Positions 26,521 to 36,837 of a stretch of 64,000 bases of DNA are shown piece after piece. A program made the translations under genes and the position numbers. Each line of letters begins with the position of its first letter. The first letter of the stretch is position 1. This DNA comes from Candidatus Poribacteria bacterium (GTDB taxonomy: Bacteria; Poribacteria; WGA-4E; PCPOR2b), in contig OZ244825.1 of the NCBI GenBank assembly GCA_965220385.1, forward strand, positions 777,142 through 841,141. The letters are read 5' to 3'. The notes below the pieces were generated by a model. The model was given only the letters and a program-made list of their open reading frames with translations. It made no database searches and had not been told where the DNA came from.

Positions 26521-28356
26521 TTATTTCAGAATTACCATCTTTCGTGTGAAGGAATAATCGTCTGTGCGCAGCTGATAGAAATAGACCCCACTCCCCACCG
26601 GCTCGCCTAAATGGTTGCGGCCGTCCCAATACGCCGCTCGTGCCCTATCTGTGTAATACCCCGCCTGCTGATACCCTAAATCTAATTCACGCACCAATAC
26701 CCCTTGAGTGTCATAAATGGTAAGCGTCACATCGGCAGCATGAGCGAGTTGATACGGAATCCATGTCTCTGGATTAAACGGGTTTGGATAGTTGTGCAGC
26801 AATGCCGTCTCCGCCGGTATTTCATACGCGACCAGCGCTGGCAACTGAATAAGTCCGTGCCTTACATCTTCAGCGGTTACTGTATATTGGAGTGGCTCTA
26901 CACCAACTAACGGATTTGAAGATTGAGCAGAGATTTCAAGGATATCTCCGATCATAGCCGCTCGCCCCCTCTCTAAATCAACGTCCGTGAGTTGATAGCC
27001 TATCCCATCCGAGCCCCAATTATCTGTGTGAGGGCGGTGTGCGCCTCTTGCTACAGTGGTGACCGTTCTGCCGGTTGCGCGGTTCTTCACAGTGAGCCGG
27101 AAGCTTGTTGTGTTCAACCCCCTTCCGCTACCAGCAACCGAACCTCTCAACGCCAAAATAGGTGTCATATCGTCCACTTGGATACCCTTCAACGATACCG
27201 GCGGTGCGCCACCCACTTCTGGCAAGTTGCTCCATGCATCGCCGGAGGTTTTAACCTCCTCGCTCTGTAGAGCGTTCAGGATAAAGGCTTGCCCCCCGGA
27301 GATCTCTATATCTCCAGGATCTCCCGCCCGTCCAACTAACTTGAACTCCCCGCCATCGGTGAGGATTATTACAGGGACATTGCCCCCAATCCCATCGAGC
27401 GTAAATAGATCGCTCACACGCGCTATTCCCGGCTCTTTCAACGGCAGACCCACAACGTTGAGACCCCGGTTTAAGGTTATGGTACTCATCCCGTCTGTTC
27501 CTAACGCACTCCCTCGCAGACGAAGCGACAGCACCGGTTCTTTCAAATTGACCATAACCCCTTTCTCGTCAGTCAATCTCGCGTTCGCGGGACCATCTCT
27601 GTCGACAGCACCGAAGTAGCTGCGCCATTCCTGTGTTTGGGAGTCATAGGTGATGAGGTAAGTGACTTTTGACGCGCCACCGAGTGCGTCGTACAGATCG
27701 CTGATAGATTCGATAGTCCGTGCCACTCCACCAACGGCATTCACCTTCAGCGGCACATGGATCAAACTGATACCTTCCGGTATCGACAGTTTGAATTCCG
27801 CATCACTTGCCGAGGCAGCGGTTGAAGTGATAGTCGCCCCTGTAATCGAAGCGATTTTAATTTCCTGTGCCGTTCGACTCCCAATCACAACACGCTCAAA
27901 TCCGATCATCGTTTCTGTTTCGGCTAATACCTTGAACCTTGCTACGGCGAGGGTCCCATCACCATCTCCCGCCCCGGTCATAGCGAACGCAGCGTATCTC
28001 ACTGAACCGTCCCCAACTACAGCCGGTATCGTATATACATCGGACACGGGGTAGTCTGGATCACTTACAGACTCCAGTTCGGTTGGGGGGAACATAAGTG
28101 TGCCCTCATCGCCAGCGAGATAGTCCGCATTTTCAATACTTATAAATTCCAGTTCAGTTGGACTAAAGGTGAGTGTGAAATCATAGCCAGCGACGTTAGA
28201 TCCGCCAGTGATATTAATGGAAAATTCAACTTCATCACCCACCGCGGGCATATTTGAGCTGGGCTCGGCTGAGATGTCCACTTGTGCGAATCCTGTTGAT
28301 GCAACCGAGAGCCATATCAAAGGTAATAAACTAAAACGAAAGAGTTGCTTGCTCAT
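26521..28356 (-). CDS. Secreted protein with a cohesin-like N-terminal domain, an about 400 aa module shared with the 41783 protein, and a T9SS C-terminal sorting domain
   Basis: Signal peptide MSKQLFRFSLLPLIWLSVASTGFAQ; the C-terminal 80 aa is near-identical to that of the 24706 protein. Confidence 0.7.
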   Translation of the reverse strand: MSKQLFRFSLLPLIWLSVASTGFAQVDISAEPSSNMPAVGDEVEFSINITGGSNVAGYDFTLTFSPTELEFISIENADYLAGDEGTLMFPPTELESVSDPDYPVSDVYTIPAVVGDGSVRYAAFAMTGAGDGDGTLAVARFKVLAETETMIGFERVVIGSRTAQEIKIASITGATITSTAASASDAEFKLSIPEGISLIHVPLKVNAVGGVARTIESISDLYDALGGASKVTYLITYDSQTQEWRSYFGAVDRDGPANARLTDEKGVMVNLKEPVLSLRLRGSALGTDGMSTITLNRGLNVVGLPLKEPGIARVSDLFTLDGIGGNVPVIILTDGGEFKLVGRAGDPGDIEISGGQAFILNALQSEEVKTSGDAWSNLPEVGGAPPVSLKGIQVDDMTPILALRGSVAGSGRGLNTTSFRLTVKNRATGRTVTTVARGAHRPHTDNWGSDGIGYQLTDVDLERGRAAMIGDILEISAQSSNPLVGVEPLQYTVTAEDVRHGLIQLPALVAYEIPAETALLHNYPNPFNPETWIPYQLAHAADVTLTIYDTQGVLVRELDLGYQQAGYYTDRARAAYWDGRNHLGEPVGSGVYFYQLRTDDYSFTRKMVILK

Positions 28357-28413
28357 GATTTTGCTTCCTTTACAGTTTAGAGTGAGATAGTCATGCAATT
28401 CATCAAAAGTGAT

Positions 28414-29340
28414 TCAAAATGCCTTCAGCTGCACCACAGTTTCCGCGTCAAGATCGCCTATCTCAACCACAGATAGATTCTCCCTTACTTCATCCACAGT
28501 CTTCATTCCTATAACCGCAGCGCTGATCCGTGGTTCTGATAACACAAACTGCACCGCCAACCGCCGCAATGCCACAAGGTCGTTATCCACGTACTCGCGC
28601 ACCTGCTCAAGCCGATTCAATACCAAATTTCGCCGTGCCTCTGTCCAGTCCCACGCCCATAAAAGCCCCTTCTCCACCCGCTCAAGCACCAGTTCCAGTG
28701 GAAGCGACAGAAAGCCTTGATAAAACACACCGCCCATCACTACCCCGACATTGTGAGCCACCGCTTGTGGTAGGAGCGCTTCTGCCGCGCTCCAATCCAA
28801 TAGATTAAAACGGTTGAAGCTGAGGGCGACATCGAGTTCTCCTGTCTCTACTGCTGCAGTTACCTCGGCGAGCCGACCGCTCACCCCTATGAATCGTACC
28901 CGCCCCTCCCGCTGTAGTTGTCGCAAGCCGTCCACCATTCCGCTGGGGCGGAGAATCTTCTCAACTGCGGCTGCACCTTCGCCAAGGTGTTGGATATCGT
29001 GTGCCAGCACCACATCTACGTGGGAACGCCGCAACGCCGCCAAGCTCTCTTCAACACCCGCAATTGTGCCTGCTGCCGTTGGGTTTTGGCGGGGAGAAAT
29101 TTTCGTGCAAACGATACAATCACCTGTGTAATCTGCCAGTGCCTTCCCGATGATATCTTCGCTCGGACCATAGTGGCGTGACGTGTCGATATAGTTGACA
29201 CCAGCTTCGAGCGCGGTGTGGATCGCAGCAATAGCGTCCCCCTCATCGAAAGGACCGTGACTGGTGCCTGCGTAGACTGCCCCGCCCAATCCGATTTCCG
29301 ATACCTCAAGTCCTGTCCGCCCTAACGTCCTATAGCGCAT
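28414..29340 (-). CDS. Aldo/keto reductase
   Basis: MRYRTLGRTGLEVSEIGLG...YIDTS..YG N-terminal AKR signature. Confidence 0.8.
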   Translation of the reverse strand: MRYRTLGRTGLEVSEIGLGGAVYAGTSHGPFDEGDAIAAIHTALEAGVNYIDTSRHYGPSEDIIGKALADYTGDCIVCTKISPRQNPTAAGTIAGVEESLAALRRSHVDVVLAHDIQHLGEGAAAVEKILRPSGMVDGLRQLQREGRVRFIGVSGRLAEVTAAVETGELDVALSFNRFNLLDWSAAEALLPQAVAHNVGVVMGGVFYQGFLSLPLELVLERVEKGLLWAWDWTEARRNLVLNRLEQVREYVDNDLVALRRLAVQFVLSEPRISAAVIGMKTVDEVRENLSVVEIGDLDAETVVQLKAF

Positions 29341-29421
29341 TGAGTTATCTCCTCTGTTTTGGGAGGGTTATCTGTTTAAGAAACCGGGTTTTTGAAATAA
29401 CTCGGTGTCTCTAAGGTGTGC

Positions 29422-30456
29422 TTACCGGATAAACACACCAGCTCGCGCAGCGATGTCAATTGCCTTGCGCGCATCTATCACCCGCGGTCCATTAAGATTC
29501 AACCGCACACGAGCAGTGGCACCCTGGCGCAGTTCAATTTCGCGTTCACCGTCAAGCGCAAGCACACACGGCTGTTGATGTTTGACAATAACCATTTCCT
29601 CCACGTCCAAAGGTCGACATTCCGCCAAACTGACCTCGCTCAGGAGACCGGGGGCGATGGTAGCGAGCACGCGCTGCCCTTCCGAGCCCAGGCGGAGATA
29701 CAAACCCTGCTCCGGAGAATCCAACCGAATCTGAGCGTGAGCACCGATCGACGACAGTCCGATACTGCCCGGTTCGACGCGAGTCAAAAAGAGTTCGTTG
29801 ATTTTTGATGCATCCCAGATAGCACGAGAAGCGACAAATCGTTCATTATAGACAGCCACATCTACCAGCGCGATGTCATCAGGCGTTTCGCTGTTAACGG
29901 AATCTTTCCCCCGATCGTTCTCGTCAGGTTTCTCGCAAAAGATGTCCAAACGGGGTGCCCGTTGCACCGCCGCATCTGCTTCGCCGCACATCACTAACCC
30001 CGCAGCCATTCCCGCGACTGTACCCTCCAGCATCGTCGGAAAAACGTTGTTAGTCCCCGTGGAGATGGGCATGAGAGGCACATCGCCACACCCTTTGGCT
30101 ACCGCGCGGTTGGTGCCATCCCCACCCAACGTGATGATGCAGCCCACTCCCTCCGTTGCCATGAGCGCAGCCGCCTGCGTCGAGTCGCGTTGGCTGAAGG
30201 TTTTGAGCATAGGGAGGATTTTAACATCGAGCCCTATCTGTAGCCCATCAAGTGCCTTGTGTCCGATGCTAAACGAGTCGGGCATCACAAACACCCGCTT
30301 AGCGCCTACCGCTTCGAGCCCCATCAATACACGGCGCACGATGTTGACCTTTTCATCATTGTTGAACACCGCGCCATGGGCAACAAGTCGGCGAATGTCT
30401 CTACCTGATGCTGGGTTTGCGATAATGCCGACGCTATTTGTGCTATCTATTCGCAT
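29422..30456 (-). CDS. ATP-NAD kinase / diacylglycerol-kinase-like protein (GGDGT motif)
   Basis: IITLGGDGTN plus NP..G at the N-terminus. Start choice between 30456 (ATG) and 30495 (GTG) is uncertain. Confidence 0.55.
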   Translation of the reverse strand: MRIDSTNSVGIIANPASGRDIRRLVAHGAVFNNDEKVNIVRRVLMGLEAVGAKRVFVMPDSFSIGHKALDGLQIGLDVKILPMLKTFSQRDSTQAAALMATEGVGCIITLGGDGTNRAVAKGCGDVPLMPISTGTNNVFPTMLEGTVAGMAAGLVMCGEADAAVQRAPRLDIFCEKPDENDRGKDSVNSETPDDIALVDVAVYNERFVASRAIWDASKINELFLTRVEPGSIGLSSIGAHAQIRLDSPEQGLYLRLGSEGQRVLATIAPGLLSEVSLAECRPLDVEEMVIVKHQQPCVLALDGEREIELRQGATARVRLNLNGPRVIDARKAIDIAARAGVFIR

Positions 30457-30719
30457 ATTGGATAACTCGATGGAAACGTGATCTTCACCGATCACAACGT
30501 TGGGTGTTGTTTCTTGGGGTTAGGGATGGGAGAATAACCGTATCGGAAGATTATAGCATAATCTCTTTCTATTTTCTGCCTATTTTTTCGTTCGACCTGT
30601 TTCTGAACTTTTTCGTTTAATTTCTAAGGCAACCGTGCTACAATTTTGATCGTTGTTGGGGCGCGTCGGTTCATGTGCAGCTCCCTTTATCTGTGCGTTC
30701 CCACTCAGGAGATGGAACC

Positions 30720-31847
30720 ATGACACTGTCCGTATGGCAGGATGTACCTGAACCCATTCAGGCGGAACACGACGATGTCGTGATCGGTGCCGGCATTGTG
30801 GGCGCTTATACTGCGACCCTGCTTTGTGAACGAGGACGCGATGTTGCGCTCGTCGATGCCCGTTTTCCAGCCGCTGGAGCGTCTGGTCGAAACGCGGGGT
30901 TCGTATTAACATCACAACGCGAACCGTATCCAGTGCTTATTGAGCAGGTGGGCCGCGAAGCTGCCCGCGAAATCATGGACATGGTGCGCGAAAATGTGAT
31001 CCGGATGCGCTCGTTGGCGAACCACTTCGCCGTCCCGCTTGAGGATGGTGCAGCACATCTCGCGGAGACCCACGCCGAAGCCCGTGAATTGGAACGCTGG
31101 GCGCGTGCCCTTGAAGCCGACAGCGCGACGGTAGACTTTTCCTACAGCGATCCCTACGGGTCATCAGGCTACATCGCGACCATGCAGATCGAAAACGATT
31201 TCATGGTGCAGCCTGCACGATTGACCGAAGCGATCGCCGCCTCCGCTGGTGCCACACTCTATGACCACAATGAGGTATATGCCATTGAATCGGCGGGTGA
31301 ATCCCTCCTTGTCCACGGGCGCCGGGCGCATATTCGGTGTCGTAAAATCTATGTCGCCACCAACGGCTACGGATGCGATCTGCACCCATACCTGCGACGT
31401 ATTGTCCGACCCGTGCGGGGACAGATAACGGTGACGACACCGGTCGAACCTTTAATCAGTATTGCGGGTATTACCGAGAACCACTATTTCCGCCAATTCC
31501 CCGACGGACGGCTCTTCATCGGAGGCGCGCGAGCGTTCTTCGAAGCACAGGAGTACACCGCCGAAGATGCCATAACGCCAGATCTACACGTGAACCTTGT
31601 AAACTATCTACGGTTGTGGTTTCCGGGCGTCGATTTTGACGTTGAACGTCAATGGGCGGGTATCCACGGCTTTACACCCGACCGCCGTGTGGCTGTTGGG
31701 TCTTTCCCAAATGAAAAGCGCGTTGTCTTTGCTGTGGGATTCAGCGGTTACGGCAACTCAATTGGCCTTGTCGCTGCCGAGCGCATGGTAGCGTTAGCGT
31801 TGGATGGACGGGACCCCGGTCCCCTCTCTGCCGCCCGCTTTGCCTAA
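30720..31847 (+). CDS. FAD-dependent oxidoreductase (DAO family)
   Basis: VVIGAGIVGAYTA dinucleotide-binding motif; a GGAG Shine-Dalgarno precedes the ATG at 30720. Confidence 0.75.
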   Translation: MTLSVWQDVPEPIQAEHDDVVIGAGIVGAYTATLLCERGRDVALVDARFPAAGASGRNAGFVLTSQREPYPVLIEQVGREAAREIMDMVRENVIRMRSLANHFAVPLEDGAAHLAETHAEARELERWARALEADSATVDFSYSDPYGSSGYIATMQIENDFMVQPARLTEAIAASAGATLYDHNEVYAIESAGESLLVHGRRAHIRCRKIYVATNGYGCDLHPYLRRIVRPVRGQITVTTPVEPLISIAGITENHYFRQFPDGRLFIGGARAFFEAQEYTAEDAITPDLHVNLVNYLRLWFPGVDFDVERQWAGIHGFTPDRRVAVGSFPNEKRVVFAVGFSGYGNSIGLVAAERMVALALDGRDPGPLSAARFA

Positions 31848-32156
31848 TGCCGCTGCACTTTGCTTTATTATGGTGAATTAGGGAAATAAGTGGACATTTA
31901 CCAATCCTCCGACACTCGTGCAGTGTCCCAAGTCCCCCTGACAAGGGGGATTTAGGGGGTTGGCTGTGTATTGAAAGTGTCTAAGTAATTGTAAAATCTA
32001 CCATAAAACACCGATTCAATCGTCGTTTCTGAGTGCCGCTCGCAGTGGATTGGCAAACCCACTCCACAGATTCAGGTGTACACGCCTACCATTTGCGACT
32101 TCCGCTATACTGCAAGAGCGGTTAAATTGTCGTTTCTATTGAGATTCCAGGAGGAA

Positions 32157-33914
32157 ATGCTGGTGCAAACCCCAGACCGAGTCGATCCAATCACATTTGA
32201 AGTTATCCGCAACGCGCTGTTGGAAGCAACCGAGGAAATGACAATCGCGCTGCGGCGTAGCGCGTATTCAACCAACATCAAGACCCGTGCGGACTTCTCC
32301 TGTGCCTTTTTCGATCGCGAGCTGCGGTTGGTGGTGCAATCCTTCGGTCAGCCCACTCACTTGGGATCATTGGTCGAATTAGTCCCGAAAGCTATTATCG
32401 ACTACGGGGTCGAAAACATCGGACCGGGCGATACCCTCTTGGTCAACGACCCGTATGGAGGCGGTGGCCACCTCAACGACATCACCCTCATTACCCCTGT
32501 CTACTACAACGATGAGCCGTTCGGTTATGTCGCCAATGTCGCCCATCATGTCGATGTAGGTGGCGGTGCACCGGCAAGTGTCGGCGCGTTCCGTGAGGTC
32601 TATCAAGAAGGAGTCATCATCCCGCCCGTAAAATTAGTGCAGGCAGGAGAAATGCGATCCGATATCTTTCGACTGGTGCTGTCGCAGATTCGGTCGAAAC
32701 GCGAAACGGGCGGCGACTTTCGGGCACAGGTGGCGGCAAACACCACCGGGATGCGTCGGTTGCGTGCAATTATGGATCGGATGGGAGCGGAAACCTTCGC
32801 GTTCTATATCGACGAGCTGATCGCTTATGCCGAGAGACGCACCCGTGCAGAGGTTGCCAAGCTGCCGCACGGTGTCTATACCGCCGACGGTTACGTTGAC
32901 ACCGATGGCTTTACCGATGAACCGGTACACCTCGTGGCGAAGATGGTGGTCGACGAGGACGGTATGTTCTTTGATCTGACCGGCTGCGACCCGCAGCGAC
33001 GGGCGCCGGTGAACTCCACCTACGCCCAGACCTTCTCCGGCTGTGCGTATGTCCTCAAGTGCCTAATCGATCCCGATATACCGACCAATGCGGGTTTCTA
33101 CGGGTTCGTGCGGATGCTCGCTCCCGAAGGGACGGTGGCAAATAGTACGCCGCCCGCCCCGGTCGTGGGTGGCTGGGAGACGCAGACCCGGTTGATCGAT
33201 GTGATGTTCAAGGCGCTATCGCCGGTGATGCCGGAGCGGGTGCCAGCCGGTACGAAAGCCATGATGTGTCACGCCGGGTTCGGTGGAGCAGACCCGCGCA
33301 CAGGAGAATATTACTGTTTTCTGGAGACGATGGCTGGCGGGTTTGGCGGGCGGATTGCCAGCGACGGTCCCGACGCCGTACAGACGCACGGGCAGAACAC
33401 CGAGAATGCTCCCATTGAGGAGACCGAAACAAACTATCCTGTACGCATCACGCGTTACGAGTTAGTGAACGATTCAGATGGTGCGGGCAAGCATCGCGGC
33501 GGGTTAGGGCTACGTCGTGATTACGAATTTCTCGACCATGAACCCTCCTTCACTATCTTGGCAGATCGTGACCGTTGGGGACCCTGGGGATTGTTCGGCG
33601 GGCAGCCGGGCCTCAAGGCAAGTTACATCCTAAACCCTGACACGGAGCCTGTCGAACTCAGTTCCAAAGTGACCGTCCAACTTCAACCGGGAGAAATAAT
33701 GAGCTACCGTACCTGCGGCGGCGGGGGATACGGTCCGCCCGAAGAACGCGATCCGGATATGGTGTGCCGCGACGTGCGCGACGGTAAGGTGAGTCTTGAG
33801 CGGGCGAGAGAGGTTTATAAGGTTGTGGTTGATACCCAGTCGTGGACGGTGGCTGAGGCAGAGACAGAGCGGTTGCGCGCCAGCGGAGCGGAGGATTCTG
33901 ATAATGAGTCTTAA
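32157..33914 (+). CDS. Hydantoinase B / 5-oxoprolinase-family protein (HyuB), paralog 1
   Basis: TFEVIRNALLEATEEMTIALRRSAYSTNIKTRADFSCA is the canonical HyuB N-terminus; an AGGAGG Shine-Dalgarno precedes the ATG. Confidence 0.8.
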   Translation: MLVQTPDRVDPITFEVIRNALLEATEEMTIALRRSAYSTNIKTRADFSCAFFDRELRLVVQSFGQPTHLGSLVELVPKAIIDYGVENIGPGDTLLVNDPYGGGGHLNDITLITPVYYNDEPFGYVANVAHHVDVGGGAPASVGAFREVYQEGVIIPPVKLVQAGEMRSDIFRLVLSQIRSKRETGGDFRAQVAANTTGMRRLRAIMDRMGAETFAFYIDELIAYAERRTRAEVAKLPHGVYTADGYVDTDGFTDEPVHLVAKMVVDEDGMFFDLTGCDPQRRAPVNSTYAQTFSGCAYVLKCLIDPDIPTNAGFYGFVRMLAPEGTVANSTPPAPVVGGWETQTRLIDVMFKALSPVMPERVPAGTKAMMCHAGFGGADPRTGEYYCFLETMAGGFGGRIASDGPDAVQTHGQNTENAPIEETETNYPVRITRYELVNDSDGAGKHRGGLGLRRDYEFLDHEPSFTILADRDRWGPWGLFGGQPGLKASYILNPDTEPVELSSKVTVQLQPGEIMSYRTCGGGGYGPPEERDPDMVCRDVRDGKVSLERAREVYKVVVDTQSWTVAEAETERLRASGAEDSDNES

Positions 33915-34644
33915 ACATGGCGATGGCTGGAATATACCAGCGGACAACCCCTTTTATCCACGGCTACCAGCGGTCTATCGGAATGTGCGGTTTCAGTTTA
34001 TCTTCTTCCATGCCGATCCAATCGCTGTCCAAGGCTTTCTTCCAGAGCCTCTGGAAGCTGCAGAGGACGGTTTGTGCGTGGCTTCGGGGTTGGAGGTGCC
34101 GTTCTGCACAAACTATGGACCCTTCCAAGAATCTTTTATTGTGATGAAATGCCGTTTCAGGGATCAGACCGGATTTTATTGCTCCCACGTTTTTCATGAC
34201 GGTCCGGCGGGTATCGCTGCAGGCAGGGAAATTTACGGGACGCCGAAGGTGTACGCGGGGCTGAAGGTAACGCAGGCGGATCGGTGCATGGTTACGCAGA
34301 CATCGCTCGGGGGTGTGCCGGTATTGAATCTCAGTTCCAGCATGGAAACCGCCGTCTCCCACGATGCGATGCCCTCTCTGACCCCGGCTTGGCGATTGAA
34401 GGTTATTCCACGAGCGGACGGTCCGGGACCCGCGATCAAACAGTTAGTCGATTGCAGCGAAACGACTCAGGATTTAGAGGTGCACTTCACCGCAAAGGGG
34501 CAAGGCAGGATCATTCTGGGCGCTTCCCCGTTGTGTGATCTCACCCCTCTCGCGCCGTTAGAATACGGAGATGCCTACTACATGGAGAGCAGCTACTCCG
34601 AGGGATATGCACAGATCGTCTACGACTATTTGAGGGACGAGTAA
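33904..34644 (+). CDS. Acetoacetate decarboxylase (ADC)-family protein
   Basis: About 246 aa; start MSLKHGDGW overlaps the HyuB stop by 11 nt; ADC-like fold assignment by sequence pattern only. Confidence 0.5.
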   Translation: MSLKHGDGWNIPADNPFYPRLPAVYRNVRFQFIFFHADPIAVQGFLPEPLEAAEDGLCVASGLEVPFCTNYGPFQESFIVMKCRFRDQTGFYCSHVFHDGPAGIAAGREIYGTPKVYAGLKVTQADRCMVTQTSLGGVPVLNLSSSMETAVSHDAMPSLTPAWRLKVIPRADGPGPAIKQLVDCSETTQDLEVHFTAKGQGRIILGASPLCDLTPLAPLEYGDAYYMESSYSEGYAQIVYDYLRDE

Positions 34645-34657
34645 CGGGGAGAGACAG

Positions 34658-35503
34658 ATGGCGAAGGTCAAATCAGAAGCAGCCGCCGACGCTTCGGAGA
34701 CGAAAGAACGATATACACTAGGGTATTCGCCGCAAACGATCCAGCAGCTTCAGAGACGCACCGCAGCGAACGAGGCGGGGTTTCTCCTTCCCCACCTGAG
34801 TGCTGGTATGCGTCTCTTAGATTGCGGTTGTGGTCCCGGTAGCATTACCGCTGGATTGGCGGAAGCTGTCGCGCCCGGTCAAGCCGTGGGAGTTGATATT
34901 GAACCCAATCAGTATAGGTCCGCGTGGTTGCAGGCGGCTAAAGCCACAGGAATCAACCTCCACTTTGGATGCGCCGATGTCTATCGTCTCCCTTTTTCTG
35001 ATAGCTCATTTGATGCGGCGTTTCTGCACAATGTGTTGAGCCATCTTCGGCAGCCCCTTAATATTCTCAAGGGGATATACCGGCTTTTGCGCCCGGGCGG
35101 TGTGATCGGTATCAGCCATCCCGATTTTAGTGGACGACTCATCAGTCCTTCGGATCTACTGCTGGATAGAGACCACGAACTTTATTGGCGATTGGTTGAA
35201 CATAACGGTGGCAACCCTGCTATCGGTAAACACCAACGCACTCTGCTGCACGACGCCGGATTTGTTCGAGTTGAAGCGGTTGCAAAGTATTCAACCGTTG
35301 GGGCGCAAGGTGGAGTGCGGAGGCGTGGTGGACTCGGTGGGCGGATGGATAGCGGATCGGCTATCGCGCAACAGATGATCGATTTGGGTTGGACAGATCG
35401 CGCTGAATTGGAGCGGATAACCATCGCTTGGCGAAAATGGAGCGAGCATCCCGGCGCGTTTATGGCAAATGCTACCGTTACAGCGGTGGGTTGGAAGGAA
35501 TAG
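34658..35503 (+). CDS. Class I SAM-dependent methyltransferase
   Basis: LLDCGCGPGSIT motif I; GGGGAGAGACAG Shine-Dalgarno. Confidence 0.75.
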   Translation: MAKVKSEAAADASETKERYTLGYSPQTIQQLQRRTAANEAGFLLPHLSAGMRLLDCGCGPGSITAGLAEAVAPGQAVGVDIEPNQYRSAWLQAAKATGINLHFGCADVYRLPFSDSSFDAAFLHNVLSHLRQPLNILKGIYRLLRPGGVIGISHPDFSGRLISPSDLLLDRDHELYWRLVEHNGGNPAIGKHQRTLLHDAGFVRVEAVAKYSTVGAQGGVRRRGGLGGRMDSGSAIAQQMIDLGWTDRAELERITIAWRKWSEHPGAFMANATVTAVGWKE

Positions 35504-35532
35504 GTTGGATTAACATTGGTTGAGGCGAACAG

Positions 35533-36258
35533 ATGGGAAACAAGCTAAGAATTGGTATCCTCTACCCCCTCTACTCTGCGGAGGACGATTATCCACGGCT
35601 TGCTGCTGCGTTACAACCGCCGGTTGAGGTACGGGTAATTCATACCGATAGCCCAAATCTGCATCGGATCGACGAGAGCCTTATCACCGGCAGTCGGGAA
35701 TACCTGCTGGCGGGTGCGGAGGAGCTACGTCCCCACAATGTGGCTGCCTGCCTATGGGCGTGCACAAGTGCGAGTTTTGCGTTTGGTGTTGAGGGGGCGC
35801 AACGTCAAGCGCAGGACCTGGTGGATGCACTCGGTGTACCGGCATCAAGCACATCGTTGGCGTTTCTCACTGCCAGCAAAGCGCTCGGACTGAAGCGGGT
35901 TGCCGTCGCTGCCACATACCCCGAAGAACTATCAAACGCTTTCCGTGCTTTCTTGGAAACAGGTGGGGTTGAAGTGGTGCACATGGGATGTCTCGGCGTC
36001 TGGACAGGTGACGAGGTCGCTCTGATTGAACGCGAGGAGGTATTACGCTTTGCACGTGCCAACGACCATCCCGATGCCGAAGCGGTTCTCATCCCCGATA
36101 CCGCGTTGCATACCGTTGATTTTCTGCCGGAACTTGAAGCGGCGGTCGGCAAAACAGTGCTGACAGCGAACCAGGTAACGATGTGGGAAGCCTTGCGCCT
36201 AACGAATTGTTTAACACCGCAGTCCAATTTGGGACAATTGATGGCAGTGAAAGCGTGA
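35533..36258 (+). CDS. Asp/Glu/hydantoin racemase-family protein (maleate isomerase/arylmalonate decarboxylase-like)
   Basis: About 240 aa with paired Cys-containing half-sites (ACLWACTSASF ... TANQV). Confidence 0.6.
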   Translation: MGNKLRIGILYPLYSAEDDYPRLAAALQPPVEVRVIHTDSPNLHRIDESLITGSREYLLAGAEELRPHNVAACLWACTSASFAFGVEGAQRQAQDLVDALGVPASSTSLAFLTASKALGLKRVAVAATYPEELSNAFRAFLETGGVEVVHMGCLGVWTGDEVALIEREEVLRFARANDHPDAEAVLIPDTALHTVDFLPELEAAVGKTVLTANQVTMWEALRLTNCLTPQSNLGQLMAVKA

Positions 36259-36309
36259 TCAACAATTCCAAACTAGCACCAGACCTTATTAGAATCAAGG
36301 AGATCAAAA

Positions 36310-36794
36310 TGGATCGATATATTGAAGTGACTCTTAGAAAGCGTGGTGTGAGTTGTGTTGCGCGGATGCTTGACGACCTTGCCCCGAAGACCTGCGAGGC
36401 GGTGTGGAACGCGCTGCCACAGGAGAGCGATGCCTACCACGCCAAATACGCGAGCAACGAAGTTTATTGTCTTGTCCCGCCCTTTGCACCGAGCGAGATA
36501 GGTCTCGAAAATCCAACAATTATGCCGATCCCCGGCGATCTGCTCTACTTCTTCTTCCCGCCCGGCACCATTACCAGTCCAGCGGTGCGCGAGATTGCCT
36601 ATACTACCGGCATGGTAGACCTCGCGATTTTCTACGGACGCGATAATCTCATCTTCTCGCCCACGATGGGACCCGTCCCCGGTAACCGGTTCGCTGAGGT
36701 CACTGAGAATCTTGAAGAGATGGCGGAGGCATGTAACAGTATTTGGCGCGAGGGATTTGTCGGCGAACGATTAGCGTTTAACCGATTGGAGTAA
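36310..36794 (+). CDS. Hypothetical protein (possibly cyclophilin-like/DUF3830-type)
   Basis: An AAGGAG Shine-Dalgarno precedes the ATG; 161 aa; weak family guess only. Confidence 0.4.
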
Positions 36795-36837
36795 TGGATG
36801 CATTCGTTCAAAGTTTCCTTTAGCCCCAGTTGCTTTG

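Noticed and set aside
33796-33903. Longer N-terminal extension of the acetoacetate-decarboxylase-family ORF (start at 33796)
   Set aside because: It would overlap 119 nt of the HyuB gene in the same frame region and encode an Arg/Trp-rich non-protein-like leader; the ATG at 33904 with short overlap is more plausible.
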